Shown here: positions 29,732 to 39,742 of the stretch, piece after piece
Layout: every line of letters starts with the position of its first letter
Numbering within the stretch: position 1 is the stretch's first letter
Assembly (NCBI GenBank): GCA_964236955.1
Contig: CAXSGP010000010.1
Span: 1 to 64,000, forward strand
DNA length: 64,000 nt
Direction: 5' to 3'
Origin: an uncultured Oligoflexus sp.
GTDB lineage: Bacteria; Bdellovibrionota_B; Oligoflexia; Oligoflexales; Oligoflexaceae
The notes under the pieces: model-generated
The model's input: only the letters and a program-made list of their open reading frames with translations
The model's database searches: none
What the model was told of the DNA's origin: nothing
Position numbers and translations under genes: made by a program

Positions 29732-30739
29732 ATGAAACCAACATATCTCCACGCAATGGGGCATTTTCATCCGGAGAATGTTCTTCCCAATGCTTTTTTT
29801 GATACGCTCGAAATAGGCTCGGAAGGCGCCTGGATCGAAGATCGTACGGGCATTCGCTCTCGTCGGAGCGTTCTCAATGCGACCGATATTAAGGACCTTC
29901 GTTACGGCATCAAAACCTTGCAGCAGCTTCGCGAGGAAGGGCGGGTGATGAGCCTCGCCGACCTGTCCGCAGAGGCCTGGAAATCTTTGCTGGCGCGTTA
30001 TCCGGATCTCGATGGAAGTTCGATCGACACTTTGATATGCGGCACCTCCATCCCTGATTTTGACATCCCCGCCAATGCCTGTACCATCGCGGCAAAGCTT
30101 GGCTGGAGCTGTCTTTCCTTTGACGCCAACTCCGCCTGCAGCAGCTTCGTGCTGGACCTGCATGTGGCGCGGCAGATGATTTCAACGGGAGCCCAAAAGA
30201 CGATGGCGATCTTTAATCCGGAACGCTACTCCTTGCGTATGGATTTTACCGACCGGAACTCCTGCATACTCTTCGGCGATGGTTGCTCGGCAGCCATACT
30301 GTCTTCGGAACCAAGGCCCGGCTCCCTGCGTGTGGTCGATACCATGCTGTTTTCCGATCCAGCGGGATTTGATGCGGTGAAGATCCCTGTGGGCCATAGC
30401 TTTACGCAAAACGGCAAGGCCGTGCAGAAGTTTGCGATCACGCGGACCATAGAAATTACCGAACAGATTCTGGCGAGAAACGATCTGATGCCAAAGGACG
30501 TGAAGTATTTCACGGGCCATCAGGCCAACCTTCGGATGATCACCTCGGCTGCCGATCGCCTTGGCATTGCCACCGACCGCCATCTTCACAACGTCGCAGA
30601 GCTTGGCAACCAAGGGTCGGCCGGGGCTCCGTCGGTCCTGTCGATGAACTGGGATCGGTTCGAAAAGGGCGACCTCATTGCTCTTGCCGTTGTCGGCAGT
30701 GGGTTGACTTGGGGCGCGACTCTGTTAGAAAAGACATAA
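29732..30739 (+). CDS. fabH: Beta-ketoacyl-ACP synthase III family protein
   Basis: WIEDRTGI, catalytic ACSSF, FGDG, HQAN, GN and GSGLTWG motifs. Confidence 0.88.
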   Translation: MKPTYLHAMGHFHPENVLPNAFFDTLEIGSEGAWIEDRTGIRSRRSVLNATDIKDLRYGIKTLQQLREEGRVMSLADLSAEAWKSLLARYPDLDGSSIDTLICGTSIPDFDIPANACTIAAKLGWSCLSFDANSACSSFVLDLHVARQMISTGAQKTMAIFNPERYSLRMDFTDRNSCILFGDGCSAAILSSEPRPGSLRVVDTMLFSDPAGFDAVKIPVGHSFTQNGKAVQKFAITRTIEITEQILARNDLMPKDVKYFTGHQANLRMITSAADRLGIATDRHLHNVAELGNQGSAGAPSVLSMNWDRFEKGDLIALAVVGSGLTWGATLLEKT

Positions 30740-30783
30740 AGCACAGCTGTTCAAAGCCGGGGCAAAACAGTAAGAGGTTTTTC

Positions 30784-31572
30784 ATGAAGTTCTTTTGCGC
30801 ATCCATCGCTTTGTCCACCGCGCTGCTAACGTCCTGCGTCTCAAATCCTGAGACGGGCCGCAGGCAGCTCAACCTGGTCTCGGACAGTGAGATGAACAGC
30901 ATGGGTGATCAAGCTTACAAAGAGATCCTTGCCAAAAGCAAGATCTCGCAAAAGCCCCAGCTCAACAGTGAAATCGTCGCCATTGGCAAACGCATCGCTC
31001 AGGCAAGCGGCGTTGATTTTGATTGGGAATTCTCGGTACTCAATGAAAATCAGGTCAACGCCTTTTGTCTACCCGGTGGTAAGGTCGCCGTTTATACGGC
31101 GATCATTCCTATAGCCAAGAATAATGCCGGCCTGGCTGCCGTTTTAGGTCACGAAGTGGCCCATGCGGTGCTTCGTCATTCCGCTGAGCGCATGAGTCAG
31201 CAGATGGTCTTACAGACGGGCATGGACATCGTCGGCGTTAGCTTCGGTAATTCGCAGTATAAAGACCTGATTGGTGCCGCCATGGGCCTGGGCGTGAATT
31301 ATGGGATCGCTTTGCCTTTCAGTCGATTCGATGAATCGGAGGCGGATCGGGTTGGTCTCGAGTATATGGCAAAAGCGGGATACGATCCGCGTGAAGCCGT
31401 CGCCCTTTGGGAGCGCATGGGCCAGATGGGTGGTGGTCGTCCTCCTGAACTGCTTTCCACTCACCCTGATCCCGTTCGCCGGGCCAAGGATCTGGCCAAG
31501 CATATGGACAAAGCGCTGGCGCTTTATCAAGGTGCTGTCAAGCAAACGACGACGCTTTTGCCTAAACCCTAA
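30784..31572 (+). CDS. M48 metallopeptidase lipoprotein
   Basis: LTSC lipobox, NAFCLPGG, HEVAH, ESEAD and STHP motifs. Confidence 0.93.
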   Translation: MKFFCASIALSTALLTSCVSNPETGRRQLNLVSDSEMNSMGDQAYKEILAKSKISQKPQLNSEIVAIGKRIAQASGVDFDWEFSVLNENQVNAFCLPGGKVAVYTAIIPIAKNNAGLAAVLGHEVAHAVLRHSAERMSQQMVLQTGMDIVGVSFGNSQYKDLIGAAMGLGVNYGIALPFSRFDESEADRVGLEYMAKAGYDPREAVALWERMGQMGGGRPPELLSTHPDPVRRAKDLAKHMDKALALYQGAVKQTTTLLPKP

Positions 31573-31636
31573 AAAACTTTGGAGTGAGGATGGCCGACGT
31601 TGGCGAAGCCAAACGTCAACAGCCACTCATAGTCTC

Positions 31637-33064
31637 TCACTGATCCTTACGATTCGACGACCACATCGGTGCCGCCACATCATAGAATCCTTTGACATCC
31701 AGCTTATGTTGATTGCTGCCATCACGATTCATGATCCACAGATTTCCCATTCCCTTGCCATTGCCGTCGCCAATGCGATTGGATTGAAAGGCGATCAGCT
31801 GACCATTCGGAGAAAAGCTTGGGCTCTCGTTATCGCCATTTTTAAGCGTCAAACGTTCCAGCTGGCTGCCGTCGGGATTCATCAGGAAAGTGTCCCATCG
31901 GTTGATCTCTTTATCATAGCCAGCAAAAACGATCTTGTCCGAATCGGGAGACCAGTTAGGCGTCGCGTTATACCAACCCGCATAGGTGAGGCGCTTATCG
32001 CTCGTGACGCGAGGCGAATCGGTCTTATCGATGTTGGATACAAAGATATGGGGGTTGCCGAAGCGACCGGAAACAAAGGCGATCTGTTTGCCATCCGGCG
32101 AGAACTTGGGATCGACGTCGAGACCTGAGCCTTCGATCAGGAGCTTTTTGCCGATACCCTGAGGATTGGTCAAGAAGATATCCGTATCGTCGCCACGCGA
32201 GCTGGTGTAGGCGATCCATTTACCATCTGCCGAGAAATTGGCACCGGAATCCAAACCGGCAAAGTTCGTCAGACGCTTTTTAATCCGCGTCTGGGTATCG
32301 AAGATAAACAGTTCAGGATTTTTGTATTCATAAGACGTGAAAGCGATATATCGCCCATCAGGACTCCACGAGGGCGACAGGTGAGGATAGTCGCCTTCCG
32401 TGATCGCCGTGACGTTGGAACCATCAAAATCCGAGATATAGATCTGCTTGGCAGCGCCTTTCACCTTGCGTCCGACAAAGACAATACGGGAATTGAAGAT
32501 TCCCGACTTACCCGTATAGGCTTCCAAGAGAAAATCGGCATATTGCCGAATGGTCGCTTTGTAATCGGTGATATGCGTGAATTGCTTGGCGAGAATTTCT
32601 TTGCCGCGGCTGACATCGATCGTTTTAAACGAGAGGACCAGACCTTTGCCTGCTTCTTCCGTCAACGCGCCGACAGTGAGGGCCTCGACCCCGAGAGCGC
32701 GCCACTGCACATACTCTTCGCCCGAAAGACCTTTGGAGTCCGATACCCAGGCCGTCGATTCTTTGGTCTTGCGACTGGCAGTAAATTGATCCCAGGCACC
32801 GGCATAAGCGCTGTCCGCGAGCGGGGTAAAAAAGCCCGAGAACACCAAAAGGCGCGACAGTTCCACCGAACCGTCCTCGACCAGCTTCTTCCCCTGAGGA
32901 TCGTTGATGGCACCCACAGCTTGAATAACTGGAGTGGCAATCACCAGCTTACGAAATGCCGGACTATCGATGCTAATCAACATTGGGCCACCAGCCTCAG
33001 CGGCAAAGGCGGAACTGCAAAGTAGACTAAACAAAAGAATGATATAACGTTTCACGAAATTCAA
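31637..33064 (-). CDS. tolB: Tol-Pal beta-propeller protein TolB
   Basis: Signal peptide and repeated PD40 motifs (SPSWSPDG, FSADG, FSPDG, WSPDS, FSPNG); follows tolA. Confidence 0.93.
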   Translation of the reverse strand: MNFVKRYIILLFSLLCSSAFAAEAGGPMLISIDSPAFRKLVIATPVIQAVGAINDPQGKKLVEDGSVELSRLLVFSGFFTPLADSAYAGAWDQFTASRKTKESTAWVSDSKGLSGEEYVQWRALGVEALTVGALTEEAGKGLVLSFKTIDVSRGKEILAKQFTHITDYKATIRQYADFLLEAYTGKSGIFNSRIVFVGRKVKGAAKQIYISDFDGSNVTAITEGDYPHLSPSWSPDGRYIAFTSYEYKNPELFIFDTQTRIKKRLTNFAGLDSGANFSADGKWIAYTSSRGDDTDIFLTNPQGIGKKLLIEGSGLDVDPKFSPDGKQIAFVSGRFGNPHIFVSNIDKTDSPRVTSDKRLTYAGWYNATPNWSPDSDKIVFAGYDKEINRWDTFLMNPDGSQLERLTLKNGDNESPSFSPNGQLIAFQSNRIGDGNGKGMGNLWIMNRDGSNQHKLDVKGFYDVAAPMWSSNRKDQ

Positions 33065-33070
33065 AGCTCC

Positions 33071-33925
33071 TTAGGGTTTACACGCGACATGTATCGTTTC
33101 GCCGGCGAGTGTCGCAGGCGGCGGGTTAAATGGCGATGACTTATTAACGGCCCGAACACAGTAGTCGTCGAAAACAGAATCGCCTGAGCCCTTTTCTATC
33201 TCAGCCTGCATCAGTTCGCCTGTGGCGCTGATCGTGATGGCGAGAGTGGCGACCGCATCACTTTTCTGCAACTGATAGGTGGTGGGGAGAGCGTAGTTAC
33301 GCCGAATCACTCCGGTGAGATAACCCCGATATTTATTCTGCTCGCTGAGGCCGGCGATCCCACCTGGCGAAACCACCGCACCCGCTTCCGTCAAGGCATC
33401 ACGAATTTGGGCCAGCTCCGTATTATCCTCGGCAGTCAATTTTCTATTGTTGGGTTTGGTTTTGTCTTTCAAACGGTCGCGCACCAAGCGTTCCAGCGCT
33501 TCGGATTTTTTAAGAATAGTGGCGACTTCCGGCTTTTGATTGTCCTGACCATCTTTGACCGCATTGGGAATGACGGCACCCTGATCCTTAATAGGCTCTT
33601 TGGCGGGTTCCAACCCCTCTTCTTCCTTGAGCTTTTCCTCGACTTTAAAGGTCTTGGTGAGCTGGGGCAATTGATTGTCGGGAACCAGGACCTCCGGCGC
33701 GACCTCGGCCTTCGGGATAATGGTTTTGGGGGCGGACCCCAGCTCGGCTTCGGTGAGCAGCTCGGTATCCATCGCATACTCTTCCACAAGAATCGGCGGA
33801 GTGTCCCAAAATTTTTTGATAAAGCTAAGAGCAAAGACAAGCAAATGAATCCCTATCGATACACCGATGAGGATGTAGAGCGAGCGGTGTTCATCCGGGG
33901 TTTCAATAGGAGGAGGATTGCTCAA
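33071..33925 (-). CDS. tolA: TolA/TonB-family energy transducer
   Basis: N-terminal TM segment with SxxxH (SIGIH); C-terminal SG..FD...RAV..SPF.PPP. Confidence 0.85.
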   Translation of the reverse strand: MSNPPPIETPDEHRSLYILIGVSIGIHLLVFALSFIKKFWDTPPILVEEYAMDTELLTEAELGSAPKTIIPKAEVAPEVLVPDNQLPQLTKTFKVEEKLKEEEGLEPAKEPIKDQGAVIPNAVKDGQDNQKPEVATILKKSEALERLVRDRLKDKTKPNNRKLTAEDNTELAQIRDALTEAGAVVSPGGIAGLSEQNKYRGYLTGVIRRNYALPTTYQLQKSDAVATLAITISATGELMQAEIEKGSGDSVFDDYCVRAVNKSSPFNPPPATLAGETIHVACKP

Positions 33926-33941
33926 GGACTTTATAACCTCA

Positions 33942-34376
33942 TTACTGCCGAGCCGGAACTTTGGCTTCGGTTAGCATGCTAATCTTGGTGACACCGGCCA
34001 TACGCGCCGCGCTCATGGCATTGACGACTTTTTCGTAGACGACAGCCTTGTCGGCACGAATGTAGATCTCTTTCTTCTCACGGTTGCGATAGATCTCTGC
34101 CAGCCTGCTCTCAAGGACTTCGCTGGGAATGCCTAATTTCTCAAGAAAATAGTCACCCTTCATCGAGATCGACAGGACCACGCGGTTTTCCGATACTGCG
34201 GAACTGCGCGCTTTGCTGACCGGCAGGTTAACGTTGATGCCACCGATCGACAGCGGGGCCGTAACCATGAAGATAATGAGCAGCACCAGCATGACATCGA
34301 CCAACGGCACGATATTGATATCGGCCATCTGTCCCATGTCATTCTCATTATCGTCGTTGGAACTTTTAAACTCCAT
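33942..34376 (-). CDS. tolR: TolR/ExbD protein
   Basis: INIVPLVDVMLVLLIIFMVTAP and IRADK motifs. Confidence 0.93.
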   Translation of the reverse strand: MEFKSSNDDNENDMGQMADINIVPLVDVMLVLLIIFMVTAPLSIGGINVNLPVSKARSSAVSENRVVLSISMKGDYFLEKLGIPSEVLESRLAEIYRNREKKEIYIRADKAVVYEKVVNAMSAARMAGVTKISMLTEAKVPARQ

Positions 34377-34392
34377 GGTGTCTCACGTCCTC

Positions 34393-35298
34393 TCAGATCG
34401 AAGCTTGGGTGGAACCGGTGCCCTTGCGATCGCTCACAAGATAGCGGCCAACAATATTAAGAAAATCCATGGAGAATCCATCGAGCGCACCAGTCAGATG
34501 GCGAATACGGGAATTCGCCATGTTAAAGGCTATAACTGCCGGGATTGCCGCAGCGAGACCAAAAGCGGTTGCAATCAAAGCTTCGGAAATTCCAGGGGCA
34601 ACCGCAGCCAGACTTGCACTGCCGGAGCGGGCGATCCCTTCAAAGGATCCCATGATGCCCCAGACCGTACCGAAGAGTCCAATAAAGGGCGCTGCGGAAG
34701 CGATCGTGGCAAGGAGGGGAAGAAAGGTTTCAAGTTTTTTGCGTTCGATTCTTTTCGCTTTGCCAAGGGAACGATTGATATTCTCCATGGCAGCGCTGAT
34801 CGCAAGCTGGGAATTGGGCAGACTTTCTTTCAGCTGACTGCCTCTGACAAGTTCGGCGTAGCCGGTTCGGAAGACTTCTTTCGCAGGGCTGGCCGGATAA
34901 TCACCAAGGCGGCTGTTGAGATCATTCAGCGAACGACTTTCCCAAAAGCTTTTGATAAAGATGTCGGAACTTTTGCTGTTCTTTCTAAGCACGATCATCT
35001 TCCAGACCATGATAGCCCAGCTGAGAACCGAAAAGATCACCAGTATCGTCAGTACAGCAAATACGACAAGTCCCGCATGCCAGGCTCGCGAAAAAATCGA
35101 AGGTGATGATCCCATATCCTCGACCTGAACACCCGTCTCAGTTGACGCAGCTGGCGCTTCCGTGCCCGGTTTTACAGCGTCTTCCGCTGGAGCCGTCGAC
35201 GGCAAGCCCCACGAAAATGTGAACATGATTAAGCCTAGAAGAGATACTACGAGCCAATTCTGAGCCTTGGTCACCATGGGACTAGGAACTCCCTGCAT
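34393..35298 (-). CDS. tolQ: TolQ (MotA/TolQ/ExbB family) with an N-terminal extension
   Basis: APFIGLFGTVWGIM and VAPGISEALIATAFGL motifs; start uncertain (35298 or 35277). Confidence 0.93.
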   Translation of the reverse strand: MQGVPSPMVTKAQNWLVVSLLGLIMFTFSWGLPSTAPAEDAVKPGTEAPAASTETGVQVEDMGSSPSIFSRAWHAGLVVFAVLTILVIFSVLSWAIMVWKMIVLRKNSKSSDIFIKSFWESRSLNDLNSRLGDYPASPAKEVFRTGYAELVRGSQLKESLPNSQLAISAAMENINRSLGKAKRIERKKLETFLPLLATIASAAPFIGLFGTVWGIMGSFEGIARSGSASLAAVAPGISEALIATAFGLAAAIPAVIAFNMANSRIRHLTGALDGFSMDFLNIVGRYLVSDRKGTGSTQASI

Positions 35299-35464
35299 GT
35301 TAAAAAAACGGTTCTTTGTATACTACTACCGGTAAGGGACACTGTCACCATAAACGGTCCCATTTGGTATCACGTTACCGGTCGTTAGCCAATATTTCTC
35401 GCCAAGCTTTCCGAATTGGTCTAAGAATATGCCAAGGATCAGGGATCAAAACAGGGAGTGTCTC

Positions 35465-36523
35465 ATGCTCAATCTCGACCATTTGGCGTCAGGAGTTGTT
35501 CGTTACGATTACACGCGTGACCAAATCCAGGCGATTTACGATCTACCCATCACCCGACTCATATTTCTGGCGCAAAGCGTTCATCAAAAGTACTTTGCTC
35601 CTGATGAGATTCAAATGAGCACGCTCCTATCGATCAAAACCGGTGGCTGCAAAGAAAACTGTGCCTATTGCCCCCAGAGCGCCCACTATTCCACGGGCGT
35701 CGATGCCCAGGGGATGCTGAGCGTAGATTCCATCATTTCGGCAGCGAAAGAGGCTAAGGCCAAGGGTTCCAGCCGCTTTTGCATGGGTGCCGCGTGGCGA
35801 AGCCCGCCTAAGAAAGGCAAACACTTCGACCAGGTTCTTGCAGCCGTCACGGCCGTGCGGGCGCTTGGCCTTGAAGTTTGCACGACCCTTGGAATGGTTG
35901 ATGAGGGTCAAGCCATGGCCCTGAAAGAGGCTGGCGTTCATGCCTACAATCACAACCTCGATACTTCGCCCGAGTATTATGAGGACATCATCTCGACGCG
36001 TGTCTATCAGGATAGACTCGACACTCTGAAAGCGGTTCGCAAGTCAGGCATGACGGTCTGTTGCGGCGGAATCGTAGGAATGGGCGAGGCAAAAATCGAT
36101 CGCATCGGTTTACTGGAGCAATTGCATCAACTGGCCCCTCATCCCGAATCGGTGCCGATCAACCTTCTCGTCAGGGTGGAGGGCACACCGCTTCAAGATG
36201 AAAAGGATCTCGATATCTTTGATTTGGTGCGGACGATAGCGGCGGCCTGCATTATAATGCCCGCAAGCCGTATCCGCCTTTCTGCTGGCCGCAGTCAGAT
36301 GAGCGATGAAGCCCAGGCCATGTGTTTTCTGGCTGGTGCCAGTTCGATTTTCACAGGCGACAAACTGCTTACGACCCCTAACCCGGGGGACGATGCCGAC
36401 CAGAAACTATTGGCACGCCTGGGTCTTAAACCATTGCCTGCGTCCGAACCAAAGCTACGCGATATTGAAATCGTAAGTGAGCCCGGCTGCCCATCAGAAT
36501 ACGCTTACGAGGCCACCCACTAA
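35465..36523 (+). CDS. bioB: Biotin synthase
   Basis: KTGGCKENCAYCPQS, RFCMGAAW, YNHNLDTS and RLSAGR motifs; GGGAG RBS before ATG 35465. Confidence 0.97.
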   Translation: MLNLDHLASGVVRYDYTRDQIQAIYDLPITRLIFLAQSVHQKYFAPDEIQMSTLLSIKTGGCKENCAYCPQSAHYSTGVDAQGMLSVDSIISAAKEAKAKGSSRFCMGAAWRSPPKKGKHFDQVLAAVTAVRALGLEVCTTLGMVDEGQAMALKEAGVHAYNHNLDTSPEYYEDIISTRVYQDRLDTLKAVRKSGMTVCCGGIVGMGEAKIDRIGLLEQLHQLAPHPESVPINLLVRVEGTPLQDEKDLDIFDLVRTIAAACIIMPASRIRLSAGRSQMSDEAQAMCFLAGASSIFTGDKLLTTPNPGDDADQKLLARLGLKPLPASEPKLRDIEIVSEPGCPSEYAYEATH

Positions 36524-36535
36524 GGACTGAGCACT

Positions 36536-37690
36536 ATGCCGACGCAGGGTATAAATACGTTAAAAAACCTTGTCCAGCAGAGGCTCAGCGCGATCGATGG
36601 GCAGGGCCGAACCCGCTCCTTGCGCCCCTTGGCCCGAGACTCCAGGGGAGCGCTCCTTGATCTGACTCACAACGACTATCTTGGATTTCGCGCCGATCCG
36701 GTTTTTCAAAAAACCGTACACGATGCTGCCGGCGTTTGGCCGATGGGAGCCGGGGCGAGTCGGCTCTTAGGTGGCGAGCATCTTATATATGAACAGCTCG
36801 AACAGACTTTCTCAGCGTGGAAAGGCTGTGAAGCCAGTCTCTATTTTGTCTCAGGCTACGCTGCCAACGAAGCTTTGATGGCGACCCTCGGGATGGCTGA
36901 TGTGAATTTTTTTTCTGACAGCCTCAATCATGCCAGTCTCATCGATGGCCTGCGTTTATCGCGCATCGGCGCCGAGCAAAAACATATTTTTCCACACAAT
37001 AACCTGTCCGTTTTGAGAGAGCAGCTGACCTTATCAACGAGTCTTTTGAAGGTCGTCGTCACCGAAAGCCTCTTTAGTATGGATGGCGATCAAGCCCCCT
37101 TGCCTGAGCTTCTTGCCCTTTGCCGCGCGCATGGCGCCCTCCTGATCGTCGATGAAGCGCATGCGCTCGGCGTCTATGGAGCCCAGGGCTCGGGTCTTTT
37201 GGAAGCCCATGGAATCTCTGCCGATGAGGTTATCACGATCAATCCCTGTGGCAAGGGCATGGCGGGGGCCGGTGCGTTTATTTCGGGACCTCTTTGGTTG
37301 AGGCACTACCTAATCAACACAGCGCGCAGCTTTATCTATTCAACGGGAGCTTCGCCCTGGCTTGCGGCAGGCCTTCAGGCTTCGATCGGCATGGTCCGTC
37401 AGGCAAGGGATCGTCGGACGCATCTGGCCGAAATATCCCGGGCCTTGCGTTTGGAACTGACGCGATTTGGATATTCCATCGGCAAGAGTACCAGTCATAT
37501 CGTTCCTCTCATCTTAGGCAGCGAAGCAAAGAGCCTGCAAACCGAACTGAGACTAAAGGAGTATGGGATACTTGCCCGCGCGATACGCCCACCCACCGTG
37601 CCTGAGGGAGAATGCCGGCTGCGGCTCTCCCTCCATGCCGGTCTAAGCGGACTTGATCCTTTGCTGCAAGCCTTAAGGGAAATCCTGTGA
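36536..37690 (+). CDS. bioF: 8-amino-7-oxononanoate synthase
   Basis: NDYLG, GASRLLGG, SGYAAN, NHASLIDG, SMDGD, DEAH and IRPPTVP motifs. Confidence 0.95.
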   Translation: MPTQGINTLKNLVQQRLSAIDGQGRTRSLRPLARDSRGALLDLTHNDYLGFRADPVFQKTVHDAAGVWPMGAGASRLLGGEHLIYEQLEQTFSAWKGCEASLYFVSGYAANEALMATLGMADVNFFSDSLNHASLIDGLRLSRIGAEQKHIFPHNNLSVLREQLTLSTSLLKVVVTESLFSMDGDQAPLPELLALCRAHGALLIVDEAHALGVYGAQGSGLLEAHGISADEVITINPCGKGMAGAGAFISGPLWLRHYLINTARSFIYSTGASPWLAAGLQASIGMVRQARDRRTHLAEISRALRLELTRFGYSIGKSTSHIVPLILGSEAKSLQTELRLKEYGILARAIRPPTVPEGECRLRLSLHAGLSGLDPLLQALREIL

Positions 37691-39672
37691 ACTTCTCCCA
37701 AGTATTTGTTACCGCTACGGGTACCGACGTCGGCAAAACCTTTGTCTCCTCCCTGCTGCTAAGAACCCATAAAAACTGGTCCTACTGGAAGCCGGTGCAA
37801 ACCGGGGGCTCGGCTATCGATCAAAATGCCCTGCATGAGATCGCACCGCTGGCGACGATCAGTCCGCTGAGAACCTTTGAATTTGAGCTTCCCGCATCAC
37901 CCGATCAAGCCGCTGCCGCAGAATTTGCAATTGCACCCCGCGTCTCGGATCTGGTTACGATCGCCGCCGGCCAGCACAATCTTTTGATCGAAGGCGCCGG
38001 CGGCCTGATGGTCCCCCTTAATGATGACAATGAAACCTGGCTCGACTTTCTTCAGGCCACGCGCATGCCCGTCGTCCTGGTAGCCTCGAGCGGCCTAGGC
38101 ACGATCAATCATACTCTGCTGAGCATCGAAGCCCTCCAAAGTCGGGCTATACCTGTCCTTGCTCTTGTACTCAACGGGCCGGAGCATCGTGGCAATCAAA
38201 AAAGCCTGGCACGATTTCATCCACGGATTCCTCAAATCATCGTCCCCCGGCTGGGTTCCGATACGGCTCTGAGCGAACTCGACCGCCTGGGCGAGGAAAT
38301 GTGGAAGACGCTCAGTCAGACCCGCAATGAGTCCCAGCGTTCCGAAAGCTGGCTGCAAAAAGACAAAGACTTTGTTTGGCATCCATATACCCAGCACAAA
38401 ACCGCACCCAAACCCATTCCCATCGTCGCCGCACGCGGCAGTTATCTGTTCACCGATGAAGGCGAACGTTTGCTTGATGCCAGCGCCTCCTGGTGGACCT
38501 GTTCGATAGGTCATGGCCACCCACGTGTGGCTGCGGCGATTCGCGCGCAGCAGGCCAAGCTCGATCACTGCGGCTTTGGAAATGCCACGCATCAACCGGG
38601 CTCCGAACTTGCCGCGCGCCTGATTGCTTTGGCAGGACCCCCTTTCAGCAGGGTTTTTTACTCCGATAATGGATCCTGTGCCGTTGAAGTCGCCTTGAAG
38701 ATGGCAGCCCAAACCTGGACGAATCGAAATAAGCCGGAACACTGCAAATTTCTTTATTTTCAAGGCGCCTATCATGGCGACACGTTCGGGGCGATGTCGG
38801 TGGCCGAAAGCGGGGGGTTTCACAAGGCCTTTGCACCCTATGTCTTCAAGGGCATTGAGGCTCCGCTCGTCACCTCCCATCCTTCGCGCATCTGTCCTGA
38901 CGGTCCTAAGGAACTTGAGAAGGGCAAGGCCGCGCTGCTTCGTCTCTTTGAGGCCCACGCCCACGAACTTGCCGCCGTGATTATTGAGCCCTGGGTGCAA
39001 GGGGCAGCGGGAATGCTATTCCAGGATTTGGATTGGCTGCGCTATCTCGATGAACTTTGCAAAAAATTCAAAGTCTTTCTCATCCTCGATGAAGTCTTTA
39101 CCGGCCTTGGCCGTCTGGGCGAAAGTTTTGCTTTCAAACGGGCTGGCCTGGCAGCTGACATCGTCTGCCTGGCCAAGGGCCTTACCGGCGGCAATTTGCC
39201 ACTGGCCGCAACGCTTTGCACGGATGAAATATTCTCAGCTTTCCTCGATGAGGATCGATCCAAAGCCCTTTTGCATGGCCACACTTTCACAGCCAATCCC
39301 ATTGCCTGCGCCGCAGGTCTAGCGAGTCTCGATATTTATCGCGAACAAAATATTATGGGCAAGGCTCGGAACATAGAGGCTATTTTTCAAGATTGGATCG
39401 AAGTCCATAGCGAAAGTTTGGGACTCATCGCCGCCCGCGCCAGCGGAGCTATCCTGGCCTTTGAACTCGAGCCAGGGAATTATTTTCATACCGCGGCCTA
39501 CCTGATTCCTCAGCTTGGGCGGGAGCAGGGGTTATTATTAAGGACTTTGGGTAGCACCGTTTATTTTGTCCCATCGCTTATGATTAGTGAAAAGGAATTA
39601 ATTCTTGGGTTATCGGCGCTGCAGCGGACGATTCGCGGCTATAGACTGGCGGAATTAAAGGGCGTGAAGTGA
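37687..39672 (+). CDS. bioDA: Fused dethiobiotin synthetase / DAPA aminotransferase (BioD-BioA)
   Basis: N-terminal TDVGKT, WKPVQTG, EGAGG, LGTINHT; C-terminal WHPYTQ, SWW, YHGDT, DEVFTG, KGLTGG; one continuous 661-aa ORF. Confidence 0.95.
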   Translation: MNFSQVFVTATGTDVGKTFVSSLLLRTHKNWSYWKPVQTGGSAIDQNALHEIAPLATISPLRTFEFELPASPDQAAAAEFAIAPRVSDLVTIAAGQHNLLIEGAGGLMVPLNDDNETWLDFLQATRMPVVLVASSGLGTINHTLLSIEALQSRAIPVLALVLNGPEHRGNQKSLARFHPRIPQIIVPRLGSDTALSELDRLGEEMWKTLSQTRNESQRSESWLQKDKDFVWHPYTQHKTAPKPIPIVAARGSYLFTDEGERLLDASASWWTCSIGHGHPRVAAAIRAQQAKLDHCGFGNATHQPGSELAARLIALAGPPFSRVFYSDNGSCAVEVALKMAAQTWTNRNKPEHCKFLYFQGAYHGDTFGAMSVAESGGFHKAFAPYVFKGIEAPLVTSHPSRICPDGPKELEKGKAALLRLFEAHAHELAAVIIEPWVQGAAGMLFQDLDWLRYLDELCKKFKVFLILDEVFTGLGRLGESFAFKRAGLAADIVCLAKGLTGGNLPLAATLCTDEIFSAFLDEDRSKALLHGHTFTANPIACAAGLASLDIYREQNIMGKARNIEAIFQDWIEVHSESLGLIAARASGAILAFELEPGNYFHTAAYLIPQLGREQGLLLRTLGSTVYFVPSLMISEKELILGLSALQRTIRGYRLAELKGVK

Positions 39673-39742
39673 ATTAAAATGAGGATGGAGGCTTCTCCAG
39701 GCTATGGAATGTCAGGGTCAAGACCTTCCCTAGCCTGTGTCC

